A DNA stretch of 64,000 nt from an uncultured Clostridia bacterium (GCA_963558185.1 CAUWFE010000001.1:68029-132028), one strand, 5' to 3'. Numbered from the stretch's first letter, positions 47,659 to 60,142 are shown. The notes: generated from the sequence alone by a model not told the origin. Numbers and translations are program-made.

Positions 47659-47685
47659 TTAGCACTCAAAGGTTAATAGTGCTAA
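47659..47685 (+). promoter_or_regulatory. CIRCE operator (HrcA binding site)
   Basis: TTAGCACTC-N9-TAGTGCTAA against the consensus TTAGCACTC-N9-GAGTGCTAA. Confidence 0.85.
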
Positions 47686-47700
47686 TAAGGGGTGAAAAAA

Positions 47701-48783
47701 GTGGATGACAGAAAGAAAAAAATACTACAAGCAGTAATTGATGAATATATCAATACAGCAGAACCAGTTAGCTCTGGTGCACTAGTAAAAAAATATGGTT
47801 TAGATTATAGTAGTGCAACAGTTAGAAATGAATTAGCAGAATTAGAAAACAATGGTTACTTAGATAAAACACACACTTCATCAGGCAGAGTACCTTCAGA
47901 AAAAGGATATAGATTTTATGTAGATGAATTAATGAAAGAAGATAATATTTCATTAGAAGAAATTAAATATATACAAAATAAACTTTCAACTAAAATAAAT
48001 GAAATAGAAGATTTAACAAAAATTACAACATCTACACTTTCAGAAATAACACATTATACAACAATTGCAATAGGTCCTAGACCAGAAACACAAATAATAG
48101 AAGAAATAAAATTTGTATTACTAGGTACAAGAATGCTTATGGTTGTAATCATAACAGATAATGGTTTAGTAAAAGAAACAATTATAAAATATGAAAAAGA
48201 TATTACAGAAAGTCAGGTAGAAACGTTAAATAACTTATTTAATTCAAAACTAAAAGGTAAGCCACTAAGTAAAATAGATAAACCGATGGAAGAATATATT
48301 TTATCTGAAATTAATTATAGCATTGATGTAATAAAACCAATAATAGAACAAATAAATAAAGTAATTGAAAAAGAGGAAGAAGTTTATTACCAAGGTACAG
48401 GAAAATCATTTGAACTACCAGAATTTAAAAGTTTAGATATAGCAAAAAATTTTGTAAATGTATTAGATACAAAAGAATTAATGTTAGAAATGCTAAACTC
48501 TGGAGTAGCAAAAGATATTAATGTATATATAGGTGATGAAAATGAACAAAAAGAATTAAAAGACTTTAGTGTAGTTACATTTAAACATACTGTAGGAAAT
48601 AAAGAATTAGGAACAATAGGAATTATAGGCCCTAAAAGAATGAATTATTCTAAAGTAATTTCAGTAATGAAATATATAAGTCAAAAATTAAATAATAATC
48701 TTCAAATAAATAATCTTGAAGAGGAAAATAAACCAAAAGAAGAAAAGGGAGGTATAAAATGGCAGAAAAAGAGGAAGAATTAA
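47701..48783 (+). CDS. hrcA: Heat-inducible transcription repressor HrcA
   Basis: KKILQAVIDEYINTAEPVSSGALV winged-helix N-terminus. GTG 47701 (or 47692) behind AAGGGG. Confidence 0.9.
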   Translation: MDDRKKKILQAVIDEYINTAEPVSSGALVKKYGLDYSSATVRNELAELENNGYLDKTHTSSGRVPSEKGYRFYVDELMKEDNISLEEIKYIQNKLSTKINEIEDLTKITTSTLSEITHYTTIAIGPRPETQIIEEIKFVLLGTRMLMVVIITDNGLVKETIIKYEKDITESQVETLNNLFNSKLKGKPLSKIDKPMEEYILSEINYSIDVIKPIIEQINKVIEKEEEVYYQGTGKSFELPEFKSLDIAKNFVNVLDTKELMLEMLNSGVAKDINVYIGDENEQKELKDFSVVTFKHTVGNKELGTIGIIGPKRMNYSKVISVMKYISQKLNNNLQINNLEEENKPKEEKGGIKWQKKRKN

Positions 48784-49271
48784 AAAATAATCAAGAAGTT
48801 AAAGAAGAAATAACAGAAGAAGCAAAATTAAAAGATACAATATTACTTCAAAAAAATCAATTAGAAGAAAAAGAAGACCAACTAAAAAGAATAATGGCAG
48901 AATTTGATAACTTTAAAAAAAGAAGTAACAAAGAAAGAGAAACACTATATAATTCTTTATTAGGAGATATATTCACATCTTTGTTACCAGTTATAGATAA
49001 CTTGGAAAAAGCAGTAGAAGCTAATACACAAGATGCAAGTTATAAGCAAGGAGTGGAATTGGTCTTAAAGCAATTTAAAGATGTATTAACAGCAAATGGA
49101 GTTGAAGAAATTAAGGCTTTAGGAGAAACTTTTGATCCAACATATCATGAAGCAGTTGCATCTGTAGTAGATGAAAATCTTGGAGAAAAAGAAATAAAAG
49201 AAGAATATAGAAAAGGTTACAAAATAGGAAATAAAGTAATTCGCCATTCAATGGTAGTTGTAGCTAATTAA
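48759..49271 (+). CDS. grpE: Nucleotide exchange factor GrpE
   Basis: AEFDNFKKR..., FDPTYHEAV and MVVV C-terminus. Operon position supports the call. Confidence 0.92.
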   Translation: MAEKEEELKNNQEVKEEITEEAKLKDTILLQKNQLEEKEDQLKRIMAEFDNFKKRSNKERETLYNSLLGDIFTSLLPVIDNLEKAVEANTQDASYKQGVELVLKQFKDVLTANGVEEIKALGETFDPTYHEAVASVVDENLGEKEIKEEYRKGYKIGNKVIRHSMVVVAN

Positions 49272-49355
49272 AAAGTGTTATCTGTGAAATTCTATTCACA
49301 AATATGCACAAAAATAAAGTTAAATAGTTAAAAATAAATTATTCAAAATATATAG

Positions 49356-51230
<1,875 letters not shown>

Positions 51231-51251
51231 TAATAAATTTGTTAGAATAAC

Positions 51252-51286
51252 GGAGGTTAGAGAATAAACTCTAACTTCCAATTTTT
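51252..51286 (+). terminator. Hairpin/partial terminator between dnaK and dnaJ
   Basis: GGAGGTTAGAG-N6-CTCTAACTTCC followed by AATTTTT. Confidence 0.55.
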
Positions 51287-51311
51287 AAGTTAAAAGCTTG
51301 AGGAGGAAAAA

Positions 51312-52478
51312 ATGGCAGGTAAAAGAGATTATTATGAAGTACTTGGAGTAAATAAAACAGCAACTGATGAAGAATTAAAAAAAGCATATCGTAAACTTGC
51401 AAAAAAATATCATCCAGATGCTAATCCTGATAACAAAAAAGAAGCAGAAGCTAAATTTAAAGAAGTAAATGAAGCATATGAAACATTATCTAATCCGGAA
51501 AAAAGAAGAATGTATGACCAATTTGGACCAGATGGATCACAAGGATTTGGAGGAGGTTCAAGTGGATATGGACCTTTTGGAGGACAAAATGGCTATTATT
51601 CATATACATCATCAGGTTTTGATGGATTTGATGACTTAGGAGATATTTTTTCTTCTATTTTCGGTGGTGGCTTTGGAGGAGGTTCAGGAAGAGCTAGCAA
51701 AACAGGACCTACAAAAGGAGCAGACTTAAAAGCAAGTATTGATATAACCTTTGAAGAAGCATATACAGGAGTAGAAAAAGAAATTATAATATCAAGAGAT
51801 GAAACTTGTCCAACTTGTAATGGAAATAAAGCAAAACCAGGAACAAGTGTAGTCACTTGTAGTATGTGCCATGGAACAGGAACTATAAAACAAGTACAAA
51901 CAACAATATTAGGTCAAATGCAAACACAAAGAACTTGTTCAAACTGTAAGGGAACAGGAAAAGTGGTTAGTGAACCATGTGAAACTTGTAGAGGAAAAGG
52001 AACTATCAGAAAACAAGCTAAAATAAAAGTTAAAATTCCTGCTGGAATAGATGACAATCAAACTATAGTACTAAGAGGAGAAGGAGAACCAGGAGAAAGA
52101 GGAGGAAGTAAAGGAGATTTATACATAGTAGTTAGATTAAAAAAACATAGTATATATACAAGAAGAAATGAGAGAATATTATGTGATATTCCAATAACTT
52201 TCACACAAGCAACATTAGGTGCAGAATTAGAAATTCCAATGGTGGATGGAACTATAGAAAAGTATAAAATTCCAGAAGGAACACAAACTGGAACATCATT
52301 TATAATTAGGAATAAAGGCTTTAAATCAGTAAATGGAAATTATCAAGGAGATTTTGTATTTACAGTTCAAGTACAAATTCCAAAAAGATTAAGTAAAGAG
52401 CAAAGAGAATTATTAACAGAACTTGCTAAAACTATGGGAGAGCAACCACCAGTAAAGAAAAGAGGAATTTTTGGTTAA
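51312..52478 (+). CDS. dnaJ: Co-chaperone DnaJ
   Basis: J domain ([11 protein letters not shown]), G/F region and four CxxCxGxG zinc motifs. Confidence 0.95.
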   Translation: MAGKRDYYEVLGVNKTATDEELKKAYRKLAKKYHPDANPDNKKEAEAKFKEVNEAYETLSNPEKRRMYDQFGPDGSQGFGGGSSGYGPFGGQNGYYSYTSSGFDGFDDLGDIFSSIFGGGFGGGSGRASKTGPTKGADLKASIDITFEEAYTGVEKEIIISRDETCPTCNGNKAKPGTSVVTCSMCHGTGTIKQVQTTILGQMQTQRTCSNCKGTGKVVSEPCETCRGKGTIRKQAKIKVKIPAGIDDNQTIVLRGEGEPGERGGSKGDLYIVVRLKKHSIYTRRNERILCDIPITFTQATLGAELEIPMVDGTIEKYKIPEGTQTGTSFIIRNKGFKSVNGNYQGDFVFTVQVQIPKRLSKEQRELLTELAKTMGEQPPVKKRGIFG

Positions 52479-52494
52479 TATTCAATATAGTTTA

Positions 52495-52536
52495 AATAGA
52501 GTATATTATTGAATGATAATATATTCTATTTTTTTC
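52495..52536 (+). terminator. Rho-independent terminator
   Basis: 15-bp stem AATAGAGTATATTAT / ATAATATATTCTATT followed by T5. Confidence 0.7.
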
Positions 52537-52674
52537 CATTTTTTATGTTGCAAAATATAATGCAGTTTGGTATAATACAAATAAAAATTACATATTTGAC
52601 ACAAAACTAGTATAAAAAACAATAAAATAAATAGTCAAATCTCATATGAAAAAATTAGGAAATGGTAAACATAT

Positions 52675-53430
52675 ATGGAAAAATATTATATTGAAATTAA
52701 AGGGCAAAAAATAGATGTAGTATTAAGAAGATTCAAAAATAGTAAAAAAATTAAAATATATTTTAGAGAAGATATATTAAATGTAAGTATGCCTATAAAA
52801 ACAACTAAAAATCAAATAATTACATTATTAAAACAAAACGAAAATAGTATATATGATTCATATTTAAAAATGGTAGAGCAAAAGAAAGAATTAGATGAAA
52901 TGATAAAAAACTATTGGAAAACAGGGGAAACAATATTGTATTTAGGCGAAACATTTAATATAGAAACTAAACAAAATAAAGAATGCCAAAAGATAAAAAT
53001 AAGAATAGAAAAAGAAACAAATAAATTTTATATACAAATTCCAAGCAATATGCAAATAGGAACCCTAGAAACAAAAGAAAAGATAGATAAAGAAATTAAA
53101 AAAATTTTTAAAAATGAAACATATAAAATAGTACAAAAAAAGTTACCATATTGGAGTGAAGTTACAAATATTCAATATAAAGAGTATTCTGTAAGAGATG
53201 CTATTAGCAAATTTGGAAGTTGTACTCCAAAAACAGGAAAACTTCATTTTAGTGCACGAATAATAATGTTATCGGAAAGAATTATAGATGCTATAATAGT
53301 ACATGAATTATGTCATTTCGTACATGCAAACCATAGTGAAAAGTTTTATTCTTTAGTAGAAAAATATATACCAGAGTATCGAGATATAGTAGTTTGGTTA
53401 AAAAGTAATGGTAATGTAATATTATTTTAA
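52675..53430 (+). CDS. YgjP-like M48/DUF45 metal-dependent hydrolase
   Basis: FGSCTPKTGKLHFS and VHELCHFVHANHSEKF (HExxH). Confidence 0.8.
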   Translation: MEKYYIEIKGQKIDVVLRRFKNSKKIKIYFREDILNVSMPIKTTKNQIITLLKQNENSIYDSYLKMVEQKKELDEMIKNYWKTGETILYLGETFNIETKQNKECQKIKIRIEKETNKFYIQIPSNMQIGTLETKEKIDKEIKKIFKNETYKIVQKKLPYWSEVTNIQYKEYSVRDAISKFGSCTPKTGKLHFSARIIMLSERIIDAIIVHELCHFVHANHSEKFYSLVEKYIPEYRDIVVWLKSNGNVILF

Positions 53431-53435
53431 ATAAA

Positions 53436-53470
53436 AAGAACTTTAAGAAATTTCCTTAAAGTTCTTTTTT
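53436..53470. terminator. Bidirectional terminator
   Basis: AAGAACTTTAAG-N7-CTTAAAGTTCTT flanked by A and T runs. Confidence 0.7.
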
Positions 53471-53516
53471 AGAGAAATCATAGAGTAAATTTTATAAGAA
53501 CACTTAAAAATCAACA

Positions 53517-54233
53517 TTATTTAAAATGTAAAAAAGTACTATTGTCATTTGATATTTTGTTAGCTTCTTCTTCAGTTAAATATTCGTTTTTTACCATACT
53601 TGCTAATACTTGTTTTTGACGTTGTTTTGAAAGTGAAAAATTTTCATAAGGAGAATATATAGAAGGGGCATTTGGAATACCAGCAAGCAAAATACTTTCT
53701 GCATCAGACATATTTTGTGGTTCTTTATTAAAATATCCTAAAGAGGCATCTTTAATAGAATAATAACCATTTCCAAAATAACAAGTATTTATATAAAGCT
53801 CTAAAATATCATTTTTTGAATAATGTTTTTCTATTTCAAAAGACATAAAAATTTCAGCAATTTTTCTAGTAAATTTCTTTTCCTGAGTAAAGTATATGTT
53901 TTTAGCAAGTTGTTGTGTAATTGTGCTACCACCTTCTACTAAACTCATTGCCTTAATATCATTTACTACAGCTCTTCCAATTGCAATAATGTCAATTCCA
54001 GGGTGATTAAAGAAACGATGGTCTTCTACAGAAACAACAGCATTTTGATACATTTTTGGTATAACAGAAAGAGAAGTATAATTTTCTTTATTTCGTATTT
54101 GTGCTATTTTTTCTTCGAGAGGAGAAACTTCAATAGAAGTTTTGTACATAGAATATCCATTACCAATTATTAATAAAGAAATGCTTAAAAACATTAATAA
54201 TATAACTAAAATTATTCTTTTAAAAATTTTCAT
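53517..54233 (-). CDS. Monofunctional peptidoglycan glycosyltransferase (GT51)
   Basis: EDHRFFNHPGIDI, GGSTITQQLAKN and RKIAEI motifs. One N-terminal TM helix. ATG 54233 behind the AGAAAGGA RBS. Confidence 0.85.
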   Translation of the reverse strand: MKIFKRIILVILLMFLSISLLIIGNGYSMYKTSIEVSPLEEKIAQIRNKENYTSLSVIPKMYQNAVVSVEDHRFFNHPGIDIIAIGRAVVNDIKAMSLVEGGSTITQQLAKNIYFTQEKKFTRKIAEIFMSFEIEKHYSKNDILELYINTCYFGNGYYSIKDASLGYFNKEPQNMSDAESILLAGIPNAPSIYSPYENFSLSKQRQKQVLASMVKNEYLTEEEANKISNDNSTFLHFK

Positions 54234-54376
54234 AATTCTCAATCCTTTCTATTACTATTATACAGAAAATTCGACAAAAAAGGAATTGAAAAATGTGACA
54301 AAGTACTTACATTTTTGTAAGAAAGGTGAAATATTAATATAAAATTTGAAAAATAATATATGTTCTATATAAAAAA

Positions 54377-54407
54377 CTGAACTTTAAGGTCATTCCTTAA
54401 AGTTCGG
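54377..54407 (-). terminator. Terminator of tyrS
   Basis: CTGAACTTTAAGG-N5-CCTTAAAGTTCGG. On the minus strand it is followed by T6. Confidence 0.7.
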
Positions 54408-54412
54408 TTTTG

Positions 54413-55624
54413 TTATAATAATTTATGAAATACTTTTTTACCCTTTTTCAAAATAGCATATCCACAAGAAAAATCATTATCATTTAACATATAATTTATA
54501 TCTGATATTTTTTCATCATTTAATGATATACCACCTTGAGAAATTAAAGTTCTTGCTTGTCCTTTAGAAGGTGCAAAACCAACTAAAATCATAGCATCTA
54601 TTATAGAAATATTTTTATTATCTATTTTTGTAGTAGGCATATTATCTAAATTTCCATTGCCACAGAATAAAGCATTAGCACATTCTTCAGCTTTTTTTGC
54701 TTCTTCTTCACCATGAATTAATTTTGTAATTTCAAAAGCGGCAACTTTTTTAGCTTCATTGATATTTTCATCTTTTAAATTAGAAAGGCGATTTACTTCA
54801 TCCATAGGTAAAAATGTAAGTAGGCTTAAAACAGTTTTAACATCTTCATCTGCAATATTTCTCCAATATTGATAAAAATCATAAGGAGAAGTTTTTTCAG
54901 GGTCTAGCCATAACGCACCTTTTTCTGTTTTTCCCATTTTCTTTCCTTCTTTTGTAGTAAGAAGTTTAAAAGTTAAACCATAAGCATCATTTTTACCAAC
55001 TTTGCGTACTAATTCTACACCACCTATAATGTTTGACCATTGGTCATTACCGCCCATTTCTAATTTACAGTTATATTTATCATGTAATACTAAAAAATCA
55101 TATGATTGCATTAACATATATCCAAGTTCAAAAAAAGTTAATCCTTTTTCCATTCTTTGTTTGTAGCATTCTGCTGCAAGCATACGATTAATAGAAAATA
55201 GGGAACCAATATCTCTCATAAATTCTACAAAGTTTAAATTCAAAAGCCAATCTGCGTTATTTACTATAATAGCAGCATTTTCTCCTTCAAAACTTAAAAA
55301 TTTAGAAAGTTGTTTTTTAAAACATTCTACATTGTGATTAATTTCTTCGCGAGACATCATTCTTCTCATATCTGTTTTTCCAGAAGGATCTCCTATTGTA
55401 GCTGTGCCTCCACCAATTAATATAATAGGTTTGTGACCTGCTTTTTGCATTTGTGAAGCAACCATCATAGAAACAAAATGGCCTACATGTAAACTATCAG
55501 CAGTTGGATCAAAACCAATATAAAAAGCAACAGATTCTTTATCAAGCAATTTTTTAACTTCTTCTTCATCTGTTATTTGCTCAATATAACCACGTTCTCT
55601 TAAAATTTCAATAACATTTGACAT
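54413..55624 (-). CDS. tyrS: Tyrosine--tRNA ligase
   Basis: [12 protein letters not shown] (HIGH), KMGKT (KMSKS) and a C-terminal S4 domain. Confidence 0.95.
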   Translation of the reverse strand: MSNVIEILRERGYIEQITDEEEVKKLLDKESVAFYIGFDPTADSLHVGHFVSMMVASQMQKAGHKPIILIGGGTATIGDPSGKTDMRRMMSREEINHNVECFKKQLSKFLSFEGENAAIIVNNADWLLNLNFVEFMRDIGSLFSINRMLAAECYKQRMEKGLTFFELGYMLMQSYDFLVLHDKYNCKLEMGGNDQWSNIIGGVELVRKVGKNDAYGLTFKLLTTKEGKKMGKTEKGALWLDPEKTSPYDFYQYWRNIADEDVKTVLSLLTFLPMDEVNRLSNLKDENINEAKKVAAFEITKLIHGEEEAKKAEECANALFCGNGNLDNMPTTKIDNKNISIIDAMILVGFAPSKGQARTLISQGGISLNDEKISDINYMLNDNDFSCGYAILKKGKKVFHKLL

Positions 55625-55686
55625 AAGTCATTCCTCCTTAATAAATACGCTTTCCATATTTTAGCATAAAAGGTAAAAAAAAGCAA

Positions 55687-56445
55687 TTAGAAAATTAAAT
55701 CCTCCATAGAGTATAAGCCAGCATTTTGACCAGATAAGAAAATTGAAGCTTTAATAGCACCTTCTGCAAATACTTTGCGAGAATATGAAGTATGTGTAAC
55801 AGATAAAGTTTCATTTTCACCCATAAATTGAACTGTATGTTCACCTACAATATTTCCACCACGAATAGAAGAAAAACCTATTTCATTTTTAGAACGTTTT
55901 TCATGTTTAGAGTGTCTATCAAATTCATAATTGTGTTTTGCAGAAAGGACTTCATTAATTTTATCAGCTAATAATAGGGCAGTACCACTTGGACTATCAA
56001 TTTTTCTATTATGATGAGTTTCTATAATTTCAATATCTGTATTACTTAGATTTTTAGCTATAATTTGTAAAATTTTTCCCATTAAAAATATATCAAAAGA
56101 CATGTTAGCAGATTGAAAAATTGGAATACTTTGTGAATATTCATGTATCTTAATATTTTCTTCTTCTGTAAAACCTGTGGTTGCAATTACCATTGGAATA
56201 TTTTTTGCTTTTGCATATTCTAACATATTAATAGTTGCAACAGGAATAGAAAAGTCAATAATAACATCAGGCTTTTCTGAAATTTTTAGTAAATCACTAA
56301 TATTTGTATAAACATTAAAAGCATATTTACCAGTATTTTCTTTGTCAAAACCTCCCCATAAAGAACAATTTTCAAAATTATCTATAGAGCTAATTACTTC
56401 TTGTCCCATTTTACCATTACACCCATTTACTAAAATTTGTATCAT
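55687..56445 (-). CDS. dapB: 4-hydroxy-tetrahydrodipicolinate reductase
   Basis: NGCNGKMG Rossmann motif, ETHHNRKIDSPSGTA signature. Confidence 0.92.
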   Translation of the reverse strand: MIQILVNGCNGKMGQEVISSIDNFENCSLWGGFDKENTGKYAFNVYTNISDLLKISEKPDVIIDFSIPVATINMLEYAKAKNIPMVIATTGFTEEENIKIHEYSQSIPIFQSANMSFDIFLMGKILQIIAKNLSNTDIEIIETHHNRKIDSPSGTALLLADKINEVLSAKHNYEFDRHSKHEKRSKNEIGFSSIRGGNIVGEHTVQFMGENETLSVTHTSYSRKVFAEGAIKASIFLSGQNAGLYSMEDLIF

Positions 56446-56478
56446 ATAAACCTCCTTAAAAGAGCCTTAAATTAGGCT

Positions 56479-57360
56479 CTATATATTAAAATTTTTCATT
56501 ACTTTTTTTAAATTTTCTTCTTTTTCAGCACTCATAGGAATTAAAGGTAAACGCGGAATTCCAAAATTATATCCTTTAATATTTAGGGCAGCTTTAACTG
56601 GAATAGGATTTACTTCAGAAAATAAGCTATTTACTAAAGGCAAGCAATCAAGTTGTTTTTTTAGTGCTTCATCAATTTTTCCTTCTAAAAAGTCATACAC
56701 CATTTGATGAGTAAATAAAGGCTCAATATTTGATAATACAGAAATAACACCTAAACCACCTAGTGAAAGAATAGGTACAATTTGATCATCATTTCCAGAA
56801 TAGATTGCAAGTTCATCTTTACATAGTGCAGAAATTTGTGCAACTTGTGAAATATTACCAGAAGCCTCTTTAATTGCCACAATATTATCTATTTTAGATA
56901 ATTCTAAACATGTTTCAGGAGTAATATTAACACCAGTTCTACTAGGAACATTATATAAAATAATAGGAATTTCAACACTTTGGCTGATTGCTTTATAGTG
57001 AGAAATTAAGCCTGCTTGTGTTGTTTTGTTATAATAAGGTGTAACAACTAAAATTCCATCAGCGCCAATACTTTCAGCATATTGAGATAATAATATAGCA
57101 CTTTGTGTGCAATTACTTCCAGTTCCTAATATAACAGGAACACGTTTATTAACAACATCTATAGCAAATTTCATAGTTTCTTTTCTTTCGGCATCTGTCA
57201 TTGTAGCACTTTCACCAGTTGTACCACAAACTATTAAAGCATCTATCTTATTTTTTATTTGCTCTTCTATTAATTTTTCAAATTCCTTAAAATTAATTCC
57301 ATTTTCATCAAAAGGTGTAGCTATTGCTGTTCCACAACCTTTAAATAATATTTTTTTCAT
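56479..57360 (-). CDS. dapA: 4-hydroxy-tetrahydrodipicolinate synthase
   Basis: GTAIATPF, CGTTGES, YNVPSRTG and IVAIKEASG (catalytic Lys). Confidence 0.93.
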   Translation of the reverse strand: MKKILFKGCGTAIATPFDENGINFKEFEKLIEEQIKNKIDALIVCGTTGESATMTDAERKETMKFAIDVVNKRVPVILGTGSNCTQSAILLSQYAESIGADGILVVTPYYNKTTQAGLISHYKAISQSVEIPIILYNVPSRTGVNITPETCLELSKIDNIVAIKEASGNISQVAQISALCKDELAIYSGNDDQIVPILSLGGLGVISVLSNIEPLFTHQMVYDFLEGKIDEALKKQLDCLPLVNSLFSEVNPIPVKAALNIKGYNFGIPRLPLIPMSAEKEENLKKVMKNFNI

Positions 57361-57395
57361 AATATATTTCAACCCTTTCTTAAATTAATATCTTT

Positions 57396-58418
57396 TTAAT
57401 TATCTTGTATTAATTTTTCTACAATTTGTACAGCATTACTTGCAGCACCTTTTCTAAGATTATCTGCAACTACCCAAAGATTAACTCCTGAATCTACGCT
57501 TTTATCACGTCTAATTCTACCAATAAATACTTCATCATGTCCATCAGCAGTACTTGCAAGTGGATATAACTCATTTTCATTAGAATTTTGAACTATAATT
57601 CCAGGAAAATGTGATAATGTAGAAATTAAGTCTTTCAATTCAAAATCTTTTTCAAATTCTACATTAATAGATTCGCTATGGCAATTAAAAACTGGTACAC
57701 GAACAGTTGTAGCAGTAATTTTTAAGTTAGGATTATTTAAAATTTTACGTGTTTCATTAATCATTTTTTCTTCTTCTTTTGTATATCCATTATCTAAAAA
57801 ACTATCAATGTGAGGTAAACAATTATTAAAAATAGGGTAAGGGAATTTTTGCAAATAATCTGTATTAGTAGATTTAGGAGAAGTAACAAATTGATTTATT
57901 CCTTGCTTTAAATCTTCAATACCACGAATTCCAGCACCTGAAACCGCTTGATAAGTAGAATATACAATTCTTTTAATATGATATTTTTCATCTAATGGTT
58001 TTAAAGCAACTACAGCTTGAATAGTAGAACAATTAGGGTTTGCTATAATACCATTATGTTTTTTTATGTCTTCTGGATTTACTTCTGGAACTATTAATGG
58101 AACATTATTGTCCATTCTAAAAGCACTGCTATTATCTACTACAATTGTACCTTTAGAAGCTGCAATAGGTGCATATTTTTTAGAAATATCACCACCAGCA
58201 CAGAAAATGGCAAAATCAAAATGTTGGTCAAAGGAATTTTCATTTAGTTCTTGTACAATATACTCCTTTCCCATAAAATTTATAGTTCTTCCACAAGACC
58301 TTTTAGACGCAAAAAGAACATACTCTGAAATAGGTAAGTGTTTTTCTTCTAAAACCTTCAGAGCTGTTCTTCCTACAACACCAGTAGCTCCCACTACTGC
58401 TAATTTGTAATTTTTCAT
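57396..58418 (-). CDS. asd: Aspartate-semialdehyde dehydrogenase
   Basis: VVGATGVVG, IANPNCSTI (active-site Cys) and RVPVFNCHS. Confidence 0.93.
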   Translation of the reverse strand: MKNYKLAVVGATGVVGRTALKVLEEKHLPISEYVLFASKRSCGRTINFMGKEYIVQELNENSFDQHFDFAIFCAGGDISKKYAPIAASKGTIVVDNSSAFRMDNNVPLIVPEVNPEDIKKHNGIIANPNCSTIQAVVALKPLDEKYHIKRIVYSTYQAVSGAGIRGIEDLKQGINQFVTSPKSTNTDYLQKFPYPIFNNCLPHIDSFLDNGYTKEEEKMINETRKILNNPNLKITATTVRVPVFNCHSESINVEFEKDFELKDLISTLSHFPGIIVQNSNENELYPLASTADGHDEVFIGRIRRDKSVDSGVNLWVVADNLRKGAASNAVQIVEKLIQDN

Positions 58419-58465
58419 ATAAGTCATCCTTTCAGCCATGTAAAAACAGGGCTATGAACATTAAA

Positions 58466-58493
58466 AATATAGAATATAATTATATTCTATATT
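58466..58493 (-). terminator. AT-rich palindromic terminator
   Basis: AATATAGAATATAA / TTATATTCTATATT. On the minus strand it is followed by T5. Confidence 0.55.
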
Positions 58494-58536
58494 TAATAAT
58501 GTTATTATATGATAAATTTAATAAAAAGTGAATAGT

Positions 58537-59343
58537 TTATGCTTTTTTTCTTCGTAATTTTGGAATAAAATGCTCAGCAAATTTGTACTTATCACGATTT
58601 TTAATATAAAATAATCCAATTACAGAGAAAACTACTGCTCCAATAAAATTAACTAATAAATCTTTCATAGTATCAATTATACCAAGATCAAGATATCCAT
58701 TATTAATTGTTGTCATTACAGGATTTCCATTGGAGTCATTAGCATATATGACAGTTTTTTCTATATCATTTAAAATTACAGGAATATTTTTTCCTTCTGG
58801 ATGTAATGAAACTGAAGAAAATGAACTTACAATTCTATCTTTTTGCATATCTGTTCTAACAATAGTATCAGCACCAAATTCAAAGAATTCCCATAAAACT
58901 CCAATTGTCATTGAAAAACAAAAGGCAACAATTGCAACAAATATAGGAGACAAATTAATTGACAATTTATCATTTTGATTTAAAATATCAATCATTGAAA
59001 ATCCAATTGCTGCACATAGAAAGCCATTTAATGTATGCAATATAGTATCCCAATATTTAAAGATTCCATAAAAATTTTGTATTTCTCCTAAAATTTCCGC
59101 TGAAAATATAAATAACAAGATAATAGATTCTAAAACAGAAGGGAGAGAAATATGCAATTTTCTATCTATTAAGTATGGAAGTGTAAATAAAACTAATGTT
59201 AAGAAACATAAAAATACACTATCCCAATTTCCATGTAGTACTTGAAATACTAAACATACAATTACTAATAATCGCAATATTATATATACCCATAATGTAG
59301 ATTTCTTATTTTCACTATAAAAATCTTTAATTTGACTAAACAT
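58537..59343 (-). CDS. Polytopic membrane protein (possibly DUF2238/YjdF-like)
   Basis: ATG 59343 lies 9 nt after GGAGG. 6-7 TM helices, with WEFFEFGAD..DMQKD motifs. Confidence 0.55.
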   Translation of the reverse strand: MFSQIKDFYSENKKSTLWVYIILRLLVIVCLVFQVLHGNWDSVFLCFLTLVLFTLPYLIDRKLHISLPSVLESIILLFIFSAEILGEIQNFYGIFKYWDTILHTLNGFLCAAIGFSMIDILNQNDKLSINLSPIFVAIVAFCFSMTIGVLWEFFEFGADTIVRTDMQKDRIVSSFSSVSLHPEGKNIPVILNDIEKTVIYANDSNGNPVMTTINNGYLDLGIIDTMKDLLVNFIGAVVFSVIGLFYIKNRDKYKFAEHFIPKLRRKKA

Positions 59344-59568
59344 ATAATAAAACCTCCTTTTTTTATTATACTTAGATATATCAAAAAATGTATTATAAGT
59401 CAATGAGTAATTGAAAATTTAAATATTTATGTGATGAAAATTATTAGTATTCTTAACTTGGAAATTTGATCAATATTAAGATATATACATTCTATAGAAT
59501 AATTTGTAGCTGTGAATTGTAATATGCAATATAATTGAAATAAAAATCATTAAAAACACAAAAAACAC

Positions 59569-59597
59569 TTGTATTTTACCCAAAAATGGTGTATACT
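59569..59597 (+). promoter_or_regulatory. Promoter of rimP-nusA-infB operon
   Basis: TTGTAT-17 nt-TATACT. Confidence 0.5.
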
Positions 59598-59623
59598 ATT
59601 ATTTGTATAGCAAAATGAGAAAG

Positions 59624-59648
59624 AAGAGTGGGAACAAATCCCACTCTT
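59624..59648 (+). promoter_or_regulatory. Leader hairpin upstream of rimP
   Basis: Perfect 10-bp stem AAGAGTGGGA-N5-TCCCACTCTT in the 5' UTR, consistent with the rimP-leader RNA motif described in Bacillota. Confidence 0.45.
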
Positions 59649-59671
59649 TAGTTGGTATAAGGAGGAAAAAA

Positions 59672-60127
59672 TTGGCTAGTATAGAAGAAAAGGTAGAAAG
59701 CTTAGTACAAAGCAAAATAAAAGAATTAGGGTATGAACTTTATGATGTACAATATGTAAAAGAAGCAAAAGATTATTTTTTAAGAATATTTATCGATAAA
59801 GAAGAAGGAATTGACTTAAATGACTGCGAAAAGGTAAATGACGCAATAAATCCTATCTTAGATGAAGCGGATTATATAAAAGAAGCATATTTTTTAGAAG
59901 TATCTTCACCAGGAATAGAAAGAGTAATAAGAAAAGATAAACATTTATCTCAAAGTATAGGTAAAGAAATTGAAGTAAAATTATTTAAACCCATAGAAAA
60001 TATAAAAGTTTATGATGGAATATTAAAAGAATATCAAGAAGATAAAATTACTATACAATTAGAAGATAAAGAAATAAATATAGACAGAAAAAATATTGCA
60101 TTAATGAAAATTAAATATAACTTTTAA
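59672..60127 (+). CDS. rimP: Ribosome maturation factor RimP
   Basis: TTG start behind AAGGAGG. Y..LEVSSPGIER motif. Confidence 0.88.
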   Translation: MASIEEKVESLVQSKIKELGYELYDVQYVKEAKDYFLRIFIDKEEGIDLNDCEKVNDAINPILDEADYIKEAYFLEVSSPGIERVIRKDKHLSQSIGKEIEVKLFKPIENIKVYDGILKEYQEDKITIQLEDKEINIDRKNIALMKIKYNF

Positions 60128-60142
60128 AAGGAGAGATTAAAA

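Noticed and set aside
54142-54342. The 66-aa plus-strand ORF overlapping the start of the transglycosylase gene.
   Set aside because: It is antisense to the GT51 N-terminus and promoter region, is low complexity, and has no RBS.
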